64,000 bases of DNA from Wickerhamiella versatilis (Eukaryota): the NCBI GenBank assembly GCA_030867685.1, contig JAQOWU010000008.1, positions 1,612,001-1,676,000 on the forward strand, given 5' to 3'. The translations under genes were made by a program, and so were the position numbers. This document shows, piece by piece, positions 1-12,800 of this stretch; position 1 is the first letter of the stretch; each line of letters opens with the position of its first letter. Under the pieces are notes generated by a model that saw only the letters and a list, made by a program, of their open reading frames with translations, did not search any database and was not told the DNA's origin.

Positions 1-1
1 A

Positions 2-1243
2 GCGATTGTCGAATTCGAACAACAGAAAACTGTTTCACCCGAGCTTTTGGCGGCCCACAAGAATCCAATTGAGGCCTTATCCACTTTACGATTATTGCCG
101 GTCAGCACCCCAGAACTGGTTGTGGCTGCATTGAAGGCACCGCATCCGTTTTCGTGGAGAAGCATAGATAACTCAAAGATCTCGTGCGAAAGCGTACTTG
201 CAAATGCCACTAAATGGCGGATAGCAACAGATAGGTATTGGTGCAGAGATGATCCAGCTGGAGTTGCAGATCAAGAAGCTCACTTGCCCCGTATACCAGC
301 ATCCCCCCAAAGTTTCCCACAGCATCCTAAGGAACATCTGCGATTTTCCAGTGCGGTTTGGGTGGTGGAATTCTCCAAGTGTGGTAACTATTTAGCGATT
401 GGTTGCGAATCAGGCTCGATATATGTATTTCGACTTTTGGAGAACGAGGTTGTTGCCGAAAGCGAACAGAGGGGGCTTCATCTTGAAGGGGTTACATCAA
501 TGGCCTGGAGCCCATGTGAGCCAATATTACTTAGTGGTGGGTTGGATAGCTACATAAATGTTTACGATGTGCGTCTAGGGCGGAAGCTTCTGAACCAGCG
601 CGATGACTTTGATGAGGGTATAGGCGCGGTGGCTTGGACGCCTGATGGTAAGCATTTTTTTGCGGGGGCATTCAATGGCCGCTTGGCTATGTACGACTTG
701 ACGGGAGCGAGAGTTTGGAGTTATGATGGTGTGCGTGTCCGCTCGCTATGTGTGTCAAATGGTGGTACAAGGTTAGTTGTTCTTAGTGCTCACGAGCCAC
801 ATCAGCAGCGACTGCTAGTGTTTGACATTAAAGAGTGGCGTTTCATAGAGGAAAGACGGGTGGCATCCCATTTAGCATCTCTGGACGTTACTGAGAGCGA
901 TTACTCCACTTACTGCGCTGTTGGTCGAAACGTTGTTTATGTGGGAAATTTCAAAGCTTTTGGGCCGTTGCTTCGTTTAAAGGGTCCAAAGCAGCGCAAA
1001 TGTACCATAAAGGCTCGTTTTTATGGCCCTATGGATAAATATGTTGCTGTGGGTAGTGAAGAAAGTACCCATGATCCTGCAGCCTGGATATTTAACCGCT
1101 ATACCGGTGAGCTCACAGCGAAGCTTGAAGGTCACACGAATATGGTTAATAGTATTGCATGGTGTCCCAATCGCCTTTTGATCGCCACGGGATCAGATGA
1201 TGAAACAGTCATATTGTGGGGGGCTGCAGATGTAGCCTCCTGA
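2..1243 (+). CDS. GID7: WD40-repeat protein, GID/CTLH complex subunit Gid7/WDR26-like (5' end probably outside window)
   Basis: Multiple WD40 repeats (VWVVEFSKCGNYLA, LEGHTNMVNSIAW, ATGSDDETVILW). The frame is open from base 2, so the listed TTG start at 47 is probably not the real start. Confidence 0.6.
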   Translation, partial: AIVEFEQQKTVSPELLAAHKNPIEALSTLRLLPVSTPELVVAALKAPHPFSWRSIDNSKISCESVLANATKWRIATDRYWCRDDPAGVADQEAHLPRIPASPQSFPQHPKEHLRFSSAVWVVEFSKCGNYLAIGCESGSIYVFRLLENEVVAESEQRGLHLEGVTSMAWSPCEPILLSGGLDSYINVYDVRLGRKLLNQRDDFDEGIGAVAWTPDGKHFFAGAFNGRLAMYDLTGARVWSYDGVRVRSLCVSNGGTRLVVLSAHEPHQQRLLVFDIKEWRFIEERRVASHLASLDVTESDYSTYCAVGRNVVYVGNFKAFGPLLRLKGPKQRKCTIKARFYGPMDKYVAVGSEESTHDPAAWIFNRYTGELTAKLEGHTNMVNSIAWCPNRLLIATGSDDETVILWGAADVAS

Positions 1244-1347
1244 TAAATATTTAAATTAAGAATCCAGAACCAAACGCTAAGTACTATAATTATTGTAATA
1301 CTCAATCACCAATCTCTTTAACCATAATTAGGGCTCATGTTCATACA

Positions 1348-1353
1348 TGACTC
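1348..1353 (+). promoter_or_regulatory. Gcn4-type core site (TGACTC) upstream of SNZ
   Basis: TGACTC about 90 bp upstream of the SNZ ATG; SNZ1 is a known Gcn4 target in S. cerevisiae. Confidence 0.4.
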
Positions 1354-1441
1354 GGGTATATGCAATATTTACCCGGGTTTCCGGGAATGATGCATAGATA
1401 TTTAAGGTCCTCCCCGGTGTATCAATGAGGGGTCAATTAAA

Positions 1442-2317
1442 ATGTCGGACTTCAAGATTAAAAGTGGACTTGCACAGATGCTTAAAGGTGGAGTGATAAT
1501 GGATGTGGTCACTCCCGAGCAGGCAGAGATTGCGGAAAAGGCGGGAGCCAGTGCAGTGATGGCATTGGAACAAATTCCAGCGGAAATGAGAGCATCGGGA
1601 AGAGTATGCCGGATGTCCGACCCGCGAATGATAAAGTCTATCATGGAAGCCGTTAGTATTCCTGTAATGGCCAAAGTTCGTATTGGTCACACTGTGGAAG
1701 CCCAAGTGCTAGAGGTTCTGGATGTTGACTACATAGATGAAAGTGAAGTGTTGACACCAGCAAACCGTCAACATCATATCCAGAAGTCTAACTTCAAGGT
1801 ACCATTTGTATGTGGTGCCAAAGATCTCGGAGAAGCCCTGCGAAGAATAAACGAGGGCGCTGCCATGATTCGGACAAAGGGTGAGGCCGGTACAGGGGAT
1901 GTATCGGAAGCAGTTAAACACATATCAAAGATCAGGGGAGAAATCCAGGAATTCGCAAAGCTCGGAAAGAATGAAAGAGCCGAGATTGCCCATGCAATGC
2001 GCGTTCCTTTGGAGCTCTTGAACGAAACTCTAGATGAAGGTAGGCTTCCCGTGGTCAACTTTGCTGCAGGTGGTGTGGCTACACCAGCAGATGCTGCTTT
2101 GCTCATGCAACTTGGCTGTGATGGAATATTTGTTGGGTCGGGAATTTTCACCTCCGAGCATCCCCAGCAGCTGGCCGCTGCAATTGTTAATGCTACCACA
2201 CACTTCGACGATCCTCAAAAGGTCCTTGAGTATTCCACTGGGCTCGGAAAACTGATGTTTGGGGTTGCTATTAATGGCATTGAGGCTAAGAACCGTCTAT
2301 CAGAAAGAGGATGGTAG
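1442..2317 (+). CDS. SNZ1: Pyridoxal 5'-phosphate synthase, synthase subunit (Pdx1/Snz)
   Basis: [55 protein letters not shown]-terminal ERGW. Confidence 0.98.
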   Translation: MSDFKIKSGLAQMLKGGVIMDVVTPEQAEIAEKAGASAVMALEQIPAEMRASGRVCRMSDPRMIKSIMEAVSIPVMAKVRIGHTVEAQVLEVLDVDYIDESEVLTPANRQHHIQKSNFKVPFVCGAKDLGEALRRINEGAAMIRTKGEAGTGDVSEAVKHISKIRGEIQEFAKLGKNERAEIAHAMRVPLELLNETLDEGRLPVVNFAAGGVATPADAALLMQLGCDGIFVGSGIFTSEHPQQLAAAIVNATTHFDDPQKVLEYSTGLGKLMFGVAINGIEAKNRLSERGW

Positions 2318-2414
2318 GCCACATGTTTCATATAATACATAGTATTAAATATTAGAAGAAAAAAAAGATGTCTATAATGGTTCGATTTCAATCCGGGCTG
2401 AAATCTATTTATTC

Positions 2415-3095
2415 TCAGTTTCCCGATTGACCAACCACAAATTCAGTCAAGAACCATTTGTGGAATCTTATATCACCTGAGAGCTCAGGGTGGAAACTCG
2501 TTCCTAATTTTGTTCCTTGTCGCACAGCTACAATTCTATCCGTGCTGTGGATCCGACTTAACACCTCTATATTTGCAGGATTGGTGTAGCTGTTGGTAGA
2601 AACAACAATGCTGCTATCTTCATTGGATGATGGGGGTGACGCCGGATTCAAACCTGAGACGATCGGTGCTCGTATGAAAACCACAGGGAATTTAGGGATT
2701 TGGGGAAAGTCTAAGAGAGTTTCAAACGAATCTATCTGGCGTCCAAACGCATTTCTCTGAACTTCAATATCCATCCCCCCTAATAATCGTTGACCCGGTT
2801 TAGCACCCACTACCTGTCGAGACAAAAAAATAAGTCCGGCACAGGTGCCCCAAATAGGTTTTTCAGAGCGCACATATTCGAAAAGGGGTTCCAACATCTC
2901 AGTCCTTTCAGAAATAAGTGATATGGCGGTTGACTCTCCGCCTGGAATGACGAGAGCATCGCAGGCACTTAAAGTAGCTGGAGTTCGCACCTCTATAATT
3001 TGCAATTGACAGCCCAGGGATTCTGAAGCCTTTTTCAAATAGTTTACGTGCTCCCTAAAAGCTCCCTGGAGTGCCAGTACTCCAACTGTCTTCAT
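2415..3095 (-). CDS. SNO1: PLP synthase glutaminase subunit (Pdx2/Sno)
   Basis: GVLALQGAFREH, PGGEST, GTCAGLI, RNAFGRQ, FIRAP, FHPEL. Confidence 0.97.
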   Translation of the reverse strand: MKTVGVLALQGAFREHVNYLKKASESLGCQLQIIEVRTPATLSACDALVIPGGESTAISLISERTEMLEPLFEYVRSEKPIWGTCAGLIFLSRQVVGAKPGQRLLGGMDIEVQRNAFGRQIDSFETLLDFPQIPKFPVVFIRAPIVSGLNPASPPSSNEDSSIVVSTNSYTNPANIEVLSRIHSTDRIVAVRQGTKLGTSFHPELSGDIRFHKWFLTEFVVGQSGN

Positions 3096-3190
3096 ACTGA
3101 AACTTATGGGACCGAGTCAAACTCAGGTACGTTAGGCAATGGTTACACAACCCGCTGGGGTATAGCTGCAGAGGGATGCATGGACGACGT

Positions 3191-3199
3191 ATGAGTCAT
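3191..3199. promoter_or_regulatory. Perfect Gcn4/AP-1 site in the SNO1-LYS12 divergent spacer
   Basis: ATGAGTCAT at 3191-3199, plus GAGTCA at 3114-3119. Confidence 0.55.
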
Positions 3200-3202
3200 T
3201 GA

Positions 3203-4324
<1,122 letters not shown>

Positions 4325-4394
4325 AAAAATCACATTAGTATGAGTGTAAGATAAGAAATTAAATTGTTGCGTTGCGTTGTTGAATAAATAAACA

Positions 4395-5657
4395 CTAAGA
4401 TACTTCGAGGTTCTTTTTTCTGTCAAAACAAGCTGCGAAAAAGCCAATACCTCCGTCTACCTTAGGCTCAACCCGAATACACGCTCTTGATATTTCTTTT
4501 GCGTTATCAAAGCCTTTAAATGGTTCTTCGAGTCCCCTTCTATGCCAGCCTGGTAAAGGATCAAGCCGCAGGCTCCATTGGCTTGCAACTTCTTCCGTCT
4601 CCAAAAGTCTCCGCACCACTTCCTCGTTTTCGGCAGAATGTATCGAGCATGTACTGTATACAACCGTTTCAGCCGATTGGAACTGTAGGGCGTGAAGCAT
4701 GATGGCATATTGAAATTCTGCAAGGTTCGCTAATCGTTCTGTTGGCATTTCCTCCTCCGATTTTCCCAGACCACTTCTTCCGAATATACCGGATCCAGAG
4801 CATGAGGGATCTACAACTATTCCTTTTACAGTTGGGTAGGTAGACGGGTCAGTCTTTGTGAAATCCGCCACCTCTGTTGTTACTTTCTTTTCGAGACCAG
4901 CTCGGCCCACCATCTTACGTAGGGTCTCAGCCCGTTTAGGATCCAATTCAAAGGCCCAAACATGGCGACTGTTCGCTGCAAGTTGTGTCGTTTTATTTCC
5001 TGGAGCCGCACACGCATCTATGTAGTCGCAGTCTAATCGAGGACGAAGAATTGTTACAGGCAGGCATGACGCGCGGTCTTGAATTATAATTCTGCCATCC
5101 TCATATGCTTGGATCTTTGCAACCTTTGTTTCAGGCGCAACACCGTATAGTCCAGGCACAAACTTATCTTTGAAATATTGCCGGCCACGTAAATTGTTAA
5201 AGTCTGGCTGGCAATCCCAATCCCGAAACAATTCTGATTCAAGTGCGTTAACATCATTCACTTTGGACGTATTAATCCTTAGCCATCGAACCGGTGTAGA
5301 ATCATCCACATCAGCTAGTTCCCGATGCTTTATCTTGTATTTGACGAACTCACCATGTAGTCGCGTCTTATGGCGTATAATCGCATCTTTTTCAGGGCAT
5401 TTACCACAGGCCAGCCTTCCACTTCTAGTGAGTAATAAGTCATGGACCATAAGCATAGCCAACTCCAGATTTAATCGTTTTTCACGAAGGATTCCCGATG
5501 CCTGTACGACACTTTGGAGACATGTCCGGTATCGCAAGGTCTCAGAGACTAATGCATAAAGCTGTTTTGCTTTTGATCCATTCTTCTCGTTATAGATTCT
5601 ATTCCGTAGAGTTCCCGGCCCGTCTCGTAGATACCTTGATGCTTCATTATAGATCAT
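4395..5657 (-). CDS. RCM1: 25S rRNA m5C methyltransferase (NSUN5/Rcm1)
   Basis: QDRASCLP, DACAAPGNKT, DPSCSGSG, YSTCSIHSAENEEVV, GFFAACF. Confidence 0.92.
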   Translation of the reverse strand: MIYNEASRYLRDGPGTLRNRIYNEKNGSKAKQLYALVSETLRYRTCLQSVVQASGILREKRLNLELAMLMVHDLLLTRSGRLACGKCPEKDAIIRHKTRLHGEFVKYKIKHRELADVDDSTPVRWLRINTSKVNDVNALESELFRDWDCQPDFNNLRGRQYFKDKFVPGLYGVAPETKVAKIQAYEDGRIIIQDRASCLPVTILRPRLDCDYIDACAAPGNKTTQLAANSRHVWAFELDPKRAETLRKMVGRAGLEKKVTTEVADFTKTDPSTYPTVKGIVVDPSCSGSGIFGRSGLGKSEEEMPTERLANLAEFQYAIMLHALQFQSAETVVYSTCSIHSAENEEVVRRLLETEEVASQWSLRLDPLPGWHRRGLEEPFKGFDNAKEISRACIRVEPKVDGGIGFFAACFDRKKNLEVS

Positions 5658-5991
5658 GGTGCCGCTTAAAATATGCGATTAGCCAATCATTTGTTTTGTC
5701 AGGCCGAAACCTACCTGTAGCGCCTCAATCCTCCCGTAAATATATCCGAAAAAGAAAGAAAAAAGCCCGTTATTATCACTAGAAACAATAATATGCGAAT
5801 AAATGCCAAAAAATATTGGTTTTAAGCGATAAGCACTATCGGCCACAATAAAAACAGATTTAACATTGTACTCCGAGTTTCGCTCAAGTTTTACTTTACT
5901 TACTACACCAACCCGATGTGGTCATTCTTATAGTACTCTGGGAGCTGCGGACAACCACGTACAAGAAGCGCTTATATCATCACAGCTTGAG

Positions 5992-7371
5992 ATGCAAAGG
6001 CAATCCCGCTCGGGCGTAAGTCGTAAACCTGTTGGTTCAGGGGAGACTTCTCGCCCCAGTGAAGAGTCTCATCTCGAAAGTGCGTTAGAGAACCCATATT
6101 CAAATGCAATAAGATCACCACGAGCCATGGGTTCCCATCGACAGTCATCCTCGAGTGATCAATTTTATGATGTGGAGTCACCAACCTCCTACCATTCACA
6201 AAAACCTGGATATTTCTTCCCTACTGAAGTCCCCAATCCCAATTCTTACGAACACTTACCTATGCCTTCGATAAGAAGTGTCACTTCCCGTCACGATTCA
6301 CTCCAGAGCAGATACTCCAACAATTACCAGGTTCCGAGCGCGGTCACATCATCGGGAGAAGTATATGCACACCCCAACGCATCGTGGGAATATTACTCTG
6401 CACCTCAGGGACCAGCGGATTATCCGACTGACCAATACGGTCAGGCACAGCCTTTCTATCCAGAAGCGTATCCAGCTCAGTACATGGGCCAGGACCATAG
6501 CTACACTGATACGTACCATGGATCTTTATCAGCCGAGAGTTTCAACCAGGAACCCAGTTATGAGGGTTACTATTCAGCAACCCCGTACCAGCAATATCCT
6601 CCAGGCGCTTCCCTGGCCTATCCCAGCATGACTGCCAATGAAACCTATGATGATACCCCGAAGTATGGATATATTTATGATAATTATTCACAAGGAAATG
6701 ATGCATACCCAGTCTCGAACGAAGAGGTCTTGTCTGGGGAGCCAGTACCGGTCCCGTTAGCCTCTGTGGTTGGATCCAGGTCGTCAGTTGGTGAGACTGA
6801 AGATGGCGCCGACCCATCTTTGTACCTGGAACCTTCGGCTAGTGAACCTTCCTTGCGCGTTCCCAGAGAACTGCAACCCTCTCCAACCCTGGAATCGGTC
6901 CACTCAGTAACCAAGGATTCGCCCCCGCCATCGCAGCATACCATAGATAAGAAACCCAGTTTCGTGCAGAATGATGCCTCAAATAATTCTGATGCTGCCA
7001 TTGGTGTAGGCACAGGTTCAGAGTATGTGCGAAAGATTCGGCTAGGGGCTGCTGAGACGACGGCATCGAAACGGCCAACACGCCTGCCGATAGGAATAAA
7101 TGCGGGCAAAACAAAAACACAGCTACGGGCACCCCCTGAGTTCCTCAGCAAAGCAATGGATATTCGATATATGCATCTACAACCACGAATGCTTGCTAGT
7201 GAAGTCGACGATGATGACGTGGGTCCTCTGAACTCATCGCCTGCTCAAACTAATACAAGTTCCCAGACAACCGAGAGAGAAGCTGCGGCGCAGCCCGAAT
7301 CTCCTAGTGAGTCTGTTGTAGAAGATATGGGCAAAATAAAGCTCTTCGTGGCAAATCCTGATGAAGACTAA
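5992..7371 (+). CDS. Hypothetical low-complexity S/P/Y-rich protein ending in LFVANPDED
   Basis: Long ORF with first ATG at 5992; looks disordered, with short motif-like blocks near the C-terminus. Confidence 0.7.
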   Translation: MQRQSRSGVSRKPVGSGETSRPSEESHLESALENPYSNAIRSPRAMGSHRQSSSSDQFYDVESPTSYHSQKPGYFFPTEVPNPNSYEHLPMPSIRSVTSRHDSLQSRYSNNYQVPSAVTSSGEVYAHPNASWEYYSAPQGPADYPTDQYGQAQPFYPEAYPAQYMGQDHSYTDTYHGSLSAESFNQEPSYEGYYSATPYQQYPPGASLAYPSMTANETYDDTPKYGYIYDNYSQGNDAYPVSNEEVLSGEPVPVPLASVVGSRSSVGETEDGADPSLYLEPSASEPSLRVPRELQPSPTLESVHSVTKDSPPPSQHTIDKKPSFVQNDASNNSDAAIGVGTGSEYVRKIRLGAAETTASKRPTRLPIGINAGKTKTQLRAPPEFLSKAMDIRYMHLQPRMLASEVDDDDVGPLNSSPAQTNTSSQTTEREAAAQPESPSESVVEDMGKIKLFVANPDED

Positions 7372-7702
7372 TAGAGTCAGCAGTGTTCCGGCCTGTTTTC
7401 CGAGGTGTGTCTGCCCCAATAAGTATTATTTAATTTTCGGATGAAGACACTTCTTACAATCAAGTCTCAGTATGATAACATGCCTCCTCCTTTCAGGAAT
7501 AGATAGGTGGCTTACACGTCCAGTCGAAGACTCAACCGGCACGTTTCCTATTAAAAAAAAGCAGAAGATATATATATAATAAAATAGAAAAGTTCAGTCA
7601 AACTATCTAACTTATGTTTTATTCAATAGGCAGACTAGGCAATGCAATGTATAGTTAGTTAGACAAAGCCACAAAGCCCGTCAACCAAGATAAACTAATA
7701 GA

Positions 7703-9334
7703 TTAAATGACAGCTGCGATCATGGCTGCGGCACCTCCAAGAACGCCTGCCACCATGCCCATCTGTGGGGAAGCAGCAGCATTGGACGAGCCAGAGCCAG
7801 AAGCAGAGCCGGAGCCAGAGGCACCTCCGGAACCAGAAGCAGATCCACCCGATCCGCCGGTTGCATCGGCACCAGCAGAGCCCGATACATGGACACCAGT
7901 TGCAGAGATAGCGCCAGTGCCGAGAGTTCCTACCTGAGAGAATACAGACTTGCAAGAGCTGGGGGTCGAGCCAGACTTAACGGATGCCTTGCCCTTGAAA
8001 CTGCATGCCGAGTCGTCCTTATCCTGGCTTTCGTAGTACAGGTTCATAAGGAAGCTGAGCTGCTCCTTGGGCGAGCAGCCAACAAAGGCACCATATTTAC
8101 CGGTAGTAGCATTACCGTTGATGCCTGAGCAGTCAAGACCGACACCGCTATCACCCTTTGGTGCACAGAGATAGCTAAAGAGATCACCGTAGTCATCCTC
8201 GTCGACGTTGTCCTTAACCACACAGCCTACAGACAAGCAGTTGCACACGTTCTCATCGGGAGTAGGAGGGAGCGCGCTGTTGGCCTTCCAGTTGGACTGA
8301 GTTGATGCTGGGCACGCGATTGTGGAAGAGGCTTTAGAAACATCGCTGCTGGTGGCAGAGGAGGGGCTAACTGAGGCCCACTCCGATTTAAGATTATTGT
8401 AATCATCCCTAGTAGAGACATCATCGCCACTAACAGAAACAAGTCCATAGTGATTCTCTTCCTCAAACCACTCATAGACGATACCACCAGACCAGACATC
8501 AGTCATGTTCTTACCGTACAAGGCTTGAACTTCAGTGAATTTACGAGAGCCACCATTTCCCTGGTTGCATCCAAACTCAGAGAAGAACAGTGGAATCGTC
8601 ATGTTCTTCATCTCCTCGGTACGGGCTTCATAGCCAGAGCTCTCGTAAGTCGCATCACCACACCATTCATAGATATTCACACCAAAGAAATCAGCGTGGT
8701 CTTCACCACAGGCCATATAGTCAGCAAGGGGTACACGTACAGAAGAATCATCAGAGGCGGCATAGCCGACAGGAATCGAACGGTAGCCCTTCTCCGAGAT
8801 ATACTCCCTTGAGTCACGGATAGCAGCCTTCACAAAGGCAGAGGCATCGGTGTTGTTGACAGCATTGGTGACCTCGTTACCAGCAATGAAGCCAAGAACA
8901 TTAGAATAATTGGCCAAGGCATCAATAGCATTGGTGTAACGCTTGAACAAATTAACGTTCCACTGAGGATCACTGCGATCAATAGACGAGCCGGGTTCAG
9001 AGAGATCGGAAAGAACGTAAATACCGGCATCGTTAAAGGTCTGCATACACTCGGAGTGATCCAAGGATGTGTTGATGGCGTAAACACGGATGAGGTTGGC
9101 ACCAAGTCCAGTGAGATACTGGGCATCACGCTTGCACGAAGAGCCGTCAGCCAACGGATCGTTGAAATCGCTTTCCGAACCGTTCACAGCACTTTGGTAG
9201 GCAACACCCTTCATGTAGAACTGGGAACCATTGTTGGAGTAAAAGAATTTGTTTCCAACAACCTCGATCTGAGGCAGATCATCCGCTGCCGCGAAAGCGA
9301 GAGACAGAGCAGCCGTAACGAAAGACAGTTGCAT
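7703..9334 (-). CDS. GAS1: GPI-anchored beta-1,3-glucanosyltransferase (GH72 + Cys-rich X8 domain)
   Basis: Signal peptide from ATG 9334, KGVAYQ, AGNEV, FFSEFGC, WSGGIVYEW, Cys box, Ser/Gly linker, hydrophobic GPI tail. Confidence 0.95.
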   Translation of the reverse strand: MQLSFVTAALSLAFAAADDLPQIEVVGNKFFYSNNGSQFYMKGVAYQSAVNGSESDFNDPLADGSSCKRDAQYLTGLGANLIRVYAINTSLDHSECMQTFNDAGIYVLSDLSEPGSSIDRSDPQWNVNLFKRYTNAIDALANYSNVLGFIAGNEVTNAVNNTDASAFVKAAIRDSREYISEKGYRSIPVGYAASDDSSVRVPLADYMACGEDHADFFGVNIYEWCGDATYESSGYEARTEEMKNMTIPLFFSEFGCNQGNGGSRKFTEVQALYGKNMTDVWSGGIVYEWFEEENHYGLVSVSGDDVSTRDDYNNLKSEWASVSPSSATSSDVSKASSTIACPASTQSNWKANSALPPTPDENVCNCLSVGCVVKDNVDEDDYGDLFSYLCAPKGDSGVGLDCSGINGNATTGKYGAFVGCSPKEQLSFLMNLYYESQDKDDSACSFKGKASVKSGSTPSSCKSVFSQVGTLGTGAISATGVHVSGSAGADATGGSGGSASGSGGASGSGSASGSGSSNAAASPQMGMVAGVLGGAAAMIAAVI

Positions 9335-9431
9335 GTCGACTTTGTGTGAAAAGAAGAGGCTGGCAGCTGACAACAATCGCGTTTAAGTTCGCCTGGAGGG
9401 GCTTGGAACCCTAACATCATTATCTAATACG

Positions 9432-9507
9432 ACGCGTCGTAGGAGTTAGGATCTATTTTTTCGCGTTACGCGCGTGGTTAAGTTTGACTTGCTAAAACCC
9501 TTTCGCG
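9432..9507. promoter_or_regulatory. MCB/SCB cluster in the GAS-FKS divergent promoter
   Basis: ACGCGT 9432-9437, TTTCGCG 9459-9465 and 9501-9507, ACGCGCGT 9468-9475. Confidence 0.65.
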
Positions 9508-9602
9508 TTTGATATCGGCCTCCTACTCGTAATGGGGTAACTTTGTGCCGTTCATTAAGGTGCTTCGCGACAGCAAGACAAATATATTGTGTTATATAAG
9601 CG

Positions 9603-9612
9603 CTAAAAATAG
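9603..9612. promoter_or_regulatory. Rlm1 (MEF2-type) site
   Basis: CTAAAAATAG matches CTA(W)4TAG and lies between two cell-wall genes. Confidence 0.6.
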
Positions 9613-9861
9613 TTGTTACCGGTATGTGATGAAACGTATGGGACTGGATACAGCTGTAGACACGACTTTACATTTGATTTAAGCTGGAATGTGTCCCTGT
9701 AAGTAATTCATGAGTTTTTGAGATCCCCAGATCTAAGCTTTTGCGTACCTTTTTTGAGATACCGGGCTAGGGTAACCGTGTCACTCAGCAGTTTAGGGGT
9801 AGTCTAACCCGACTTAGTAAAAAAACCACTTTACTTTCATTCCACACGATACCGCGCGGCA

Positions 9862-12800
9862 ATGTCTGGCCATTACGACCAAGGCGCGGGTGGTGCTGGA
9901 GGACAGCCAGGTGGTCATCTAGGCGGTGATCCTGAGTATGGCTATGATGGTACAGGTGCTTATGGCGGTGGTGCTGCAGACCAGCAGTACTACTACGATG
10001 GCGCCGGCCAGCCTTACTACCAGTCACCGATGGATGCCCCGATTCCTCCTGGACATGAGGCATATCCTCGTCGTCCAGCTGATGATGCTTCCGAAAGCTT
10101 TAGTGACTTTACCACGCAAACTGGAACCTATCCCGGTGGCTACGAGCAAGGAGGTTACGATCCCCAATACTATCAGGGTGGCGGTTACCCCAGCTACAGT
10201 AGCTACCAGGATGGCTTCCAGGGCTACCAGGGAGGCTATCAAGGAGGCTACGACTATGGTCAGGGATACCTGCCACAGGCGTCGTCCATCGCCGACTATG
10301 ATGCCTCCTCCTTCCAACAGCCACATCGGTCCTCGGGTACGTCCACCCCTGTGTATGGTGATATGATGGCCCCGACCACCGCTGGCTCGCGGGAGCCTTA
10401 CCCAGCATGGACAGTCCAGAATCAGGTACCGATCACCAAGGAGCAAATCGAAGATATTTTCATTGACCTCGCAAACAAGTTCGGTTTCCAGCGCGATAGT
10501 TTGCGTAACATCTACGATTACTTCATGACGATGCTTGATTCACGGGCTTCCCGTATGACCCCGAACCAGGCTCTTCTTAGTTTGCATGCCGACTATATTG
10601 GCGGCGACAATGCGAACTACCGCAAGTGGTTCTTCGCTGCCCAGATCGACCTTGATGAGGAGATCGGCTTCCGTAATATGAAGTTCACCGGGTTTAAGAA
10701 GAAGCGGTTCAACAAGAAGTCGAAGAAGCTGAAGAAGGTCGAGGAAGAAGACACCCAGCGCACTATAGAGGAGCTCGAAGGGGATCACTCCCTTGAAGCC
10801 GGTGAGTACCGCTGGAAGTCTCGCATGAACCAGCTTAGCCAACAGGAACGCGTCCGTCAAGTTGCGCTGTGGATGCTGTGCTGGGGTGAGGCAAACCAGG
10901 TTCGTTTCACACCTGAATGTCTCTGTTTCATCTACAAATGTGCTGATGACTATTTCCTCAGTGAGGAATGCCAGAATCGGGTTGAGCCTGTTCCGGAGGG
11001 TGACTTCTTGGACAGAGTTATTACCCCCATATACAAGTTTTTGCGGGGTCAAGTATATGAGATCGATGATGGACGTTTCGTGAAACGTGAACGCGATCAC
11101 AACAAAGTTATCGGTTATGACGACGTCAATCAGCTTTTCTGGTACCCCGAGGGTATCAGTCGCATTATATTTAAAGACGACTCAAGGTTGATTGACGTTC
11201 CCCCGGAACATCGCTATTCTAAACTCGGTGAAGTTGCATGGCGTAGGGTCTTTATGAAGACCTATAAGGAAACACGGTCGTGGTTCCACCTACTCACGAA
11301 CTTCAATCGTATCTGGGTTATTCATATCGGTTTATATTGGTTCTACTGTGCTTATGATTCGCCTTCATTGTATACCAAGGATTTCAGCTACCTGAGAAAT
11401 CCAGCCGGGACCCTTGGTCAAGAGCAGTGGGCAGCTGTGTCAATTGGAGGAACAATTGTATGTGGTCTTCAAATCATTGCAACTATCGGTGAGTATGCAT
11501 TTGTTCCTCGAAACTGGCCTGGTGCTCAAAGGCTCACACGGCGTATGATGTTCTTAATTGGGTTGCTAATTCTGAATCTTGTCACACCAGTGTACGTTCT
11601 CGGAGTCATTGGATATCGTAAGTCAAAGTCTGGCTTGGCAGTTGGAATTGTTGGCTTTTTGATTGCACTATTCACCTACTTGTTTTTCGCTATAATGCCC
11701 CTGGGTGGGATGTTCACTTCGTACCTAAATAAGAGTACTCGACGTTACGTGGCATCAAAGACATTCACTGCGTCATATGCAAAGCTCAAAGGTGTGGACA
11801 TGTGGCTCTCTTACCTAGTATGGGTAGTGGTGTTCGGCGCAAAGTTCTCGGAATCGTATTTCTTCCTTATTTTGTCTCTGCGTGACCCCATTCATGACTT
11901 GGGGCACATGCAAATCAGGTGTGTTGGTGAATATTGGTTTGCCAAAGATCCTACAAATGGTGATAATTCGAAGGCAGATACTCTTTGTGCTCAGCAGGCG
12001 AAGATAGTATTAGGTGTTCTGTATGCAACAGATCTCTGCTTATTCTTCCTGGATACTTACTTGTGGTATATTATTGTGAATACAGTATTTTCGGTTGGCC
12101 GTTCTTTCTACCTCGGTATTTCTATTTGGACTCCGTGGCGTAATATTTACTCGCGCCTGCCAAAGCGTATTTACTCTAAGGTGCTTGCGACTAATGACAT
12201 GGAGATCAAGTACAAACCTAAGGTTTTGATCAGCCAGATTTGGAACGCAATCGTGATTTCGATGTACCGAGAGCACTTACTAGCTATCGATCACGTGCAG
12301 ATGCTTCTTTATCATCAGGTGCCGTCAGAAGTTGAAGGGAAGCGGACTTTGCGCGCCCCCACTTTCTTCGTCGCGCAGGATGACAATCAGGTCACGAATG
12401 AGTTCTTCCCGGCGAACTCCGAAGCTGAGAGACGTATTAGTTTCTTCGCGCAATCTCTTTCTACTCCCATGCCTGAGCCGCTCCCTGTGGACAACATGCC
12501 CACTTTTTCGGTTCTTGTCCCCCACTATTCAGAAAAGATTCTTCTGAGTCTTCGTGAGATTATTCGTGAAGAGGATCAGTATACAAGAGTTACGTTGCTG
12601 GAGTACTTGAAGCAATTGCACCCTGTTGAGTGGGACTGCTTTGTCAAAGACACCAAGATTCTCTCGGAGGAGAGTAATGCTTATAATGACGAAGAAGGTC
12701 CTAAGGATGAAGACCGAGAGGCGGTGAAGAGCAAGATCGATGATCTTCCCTTTTACTGTATCGGTTTCAAGAGTGCCGCCCCAGAATATACATTGCGGAC

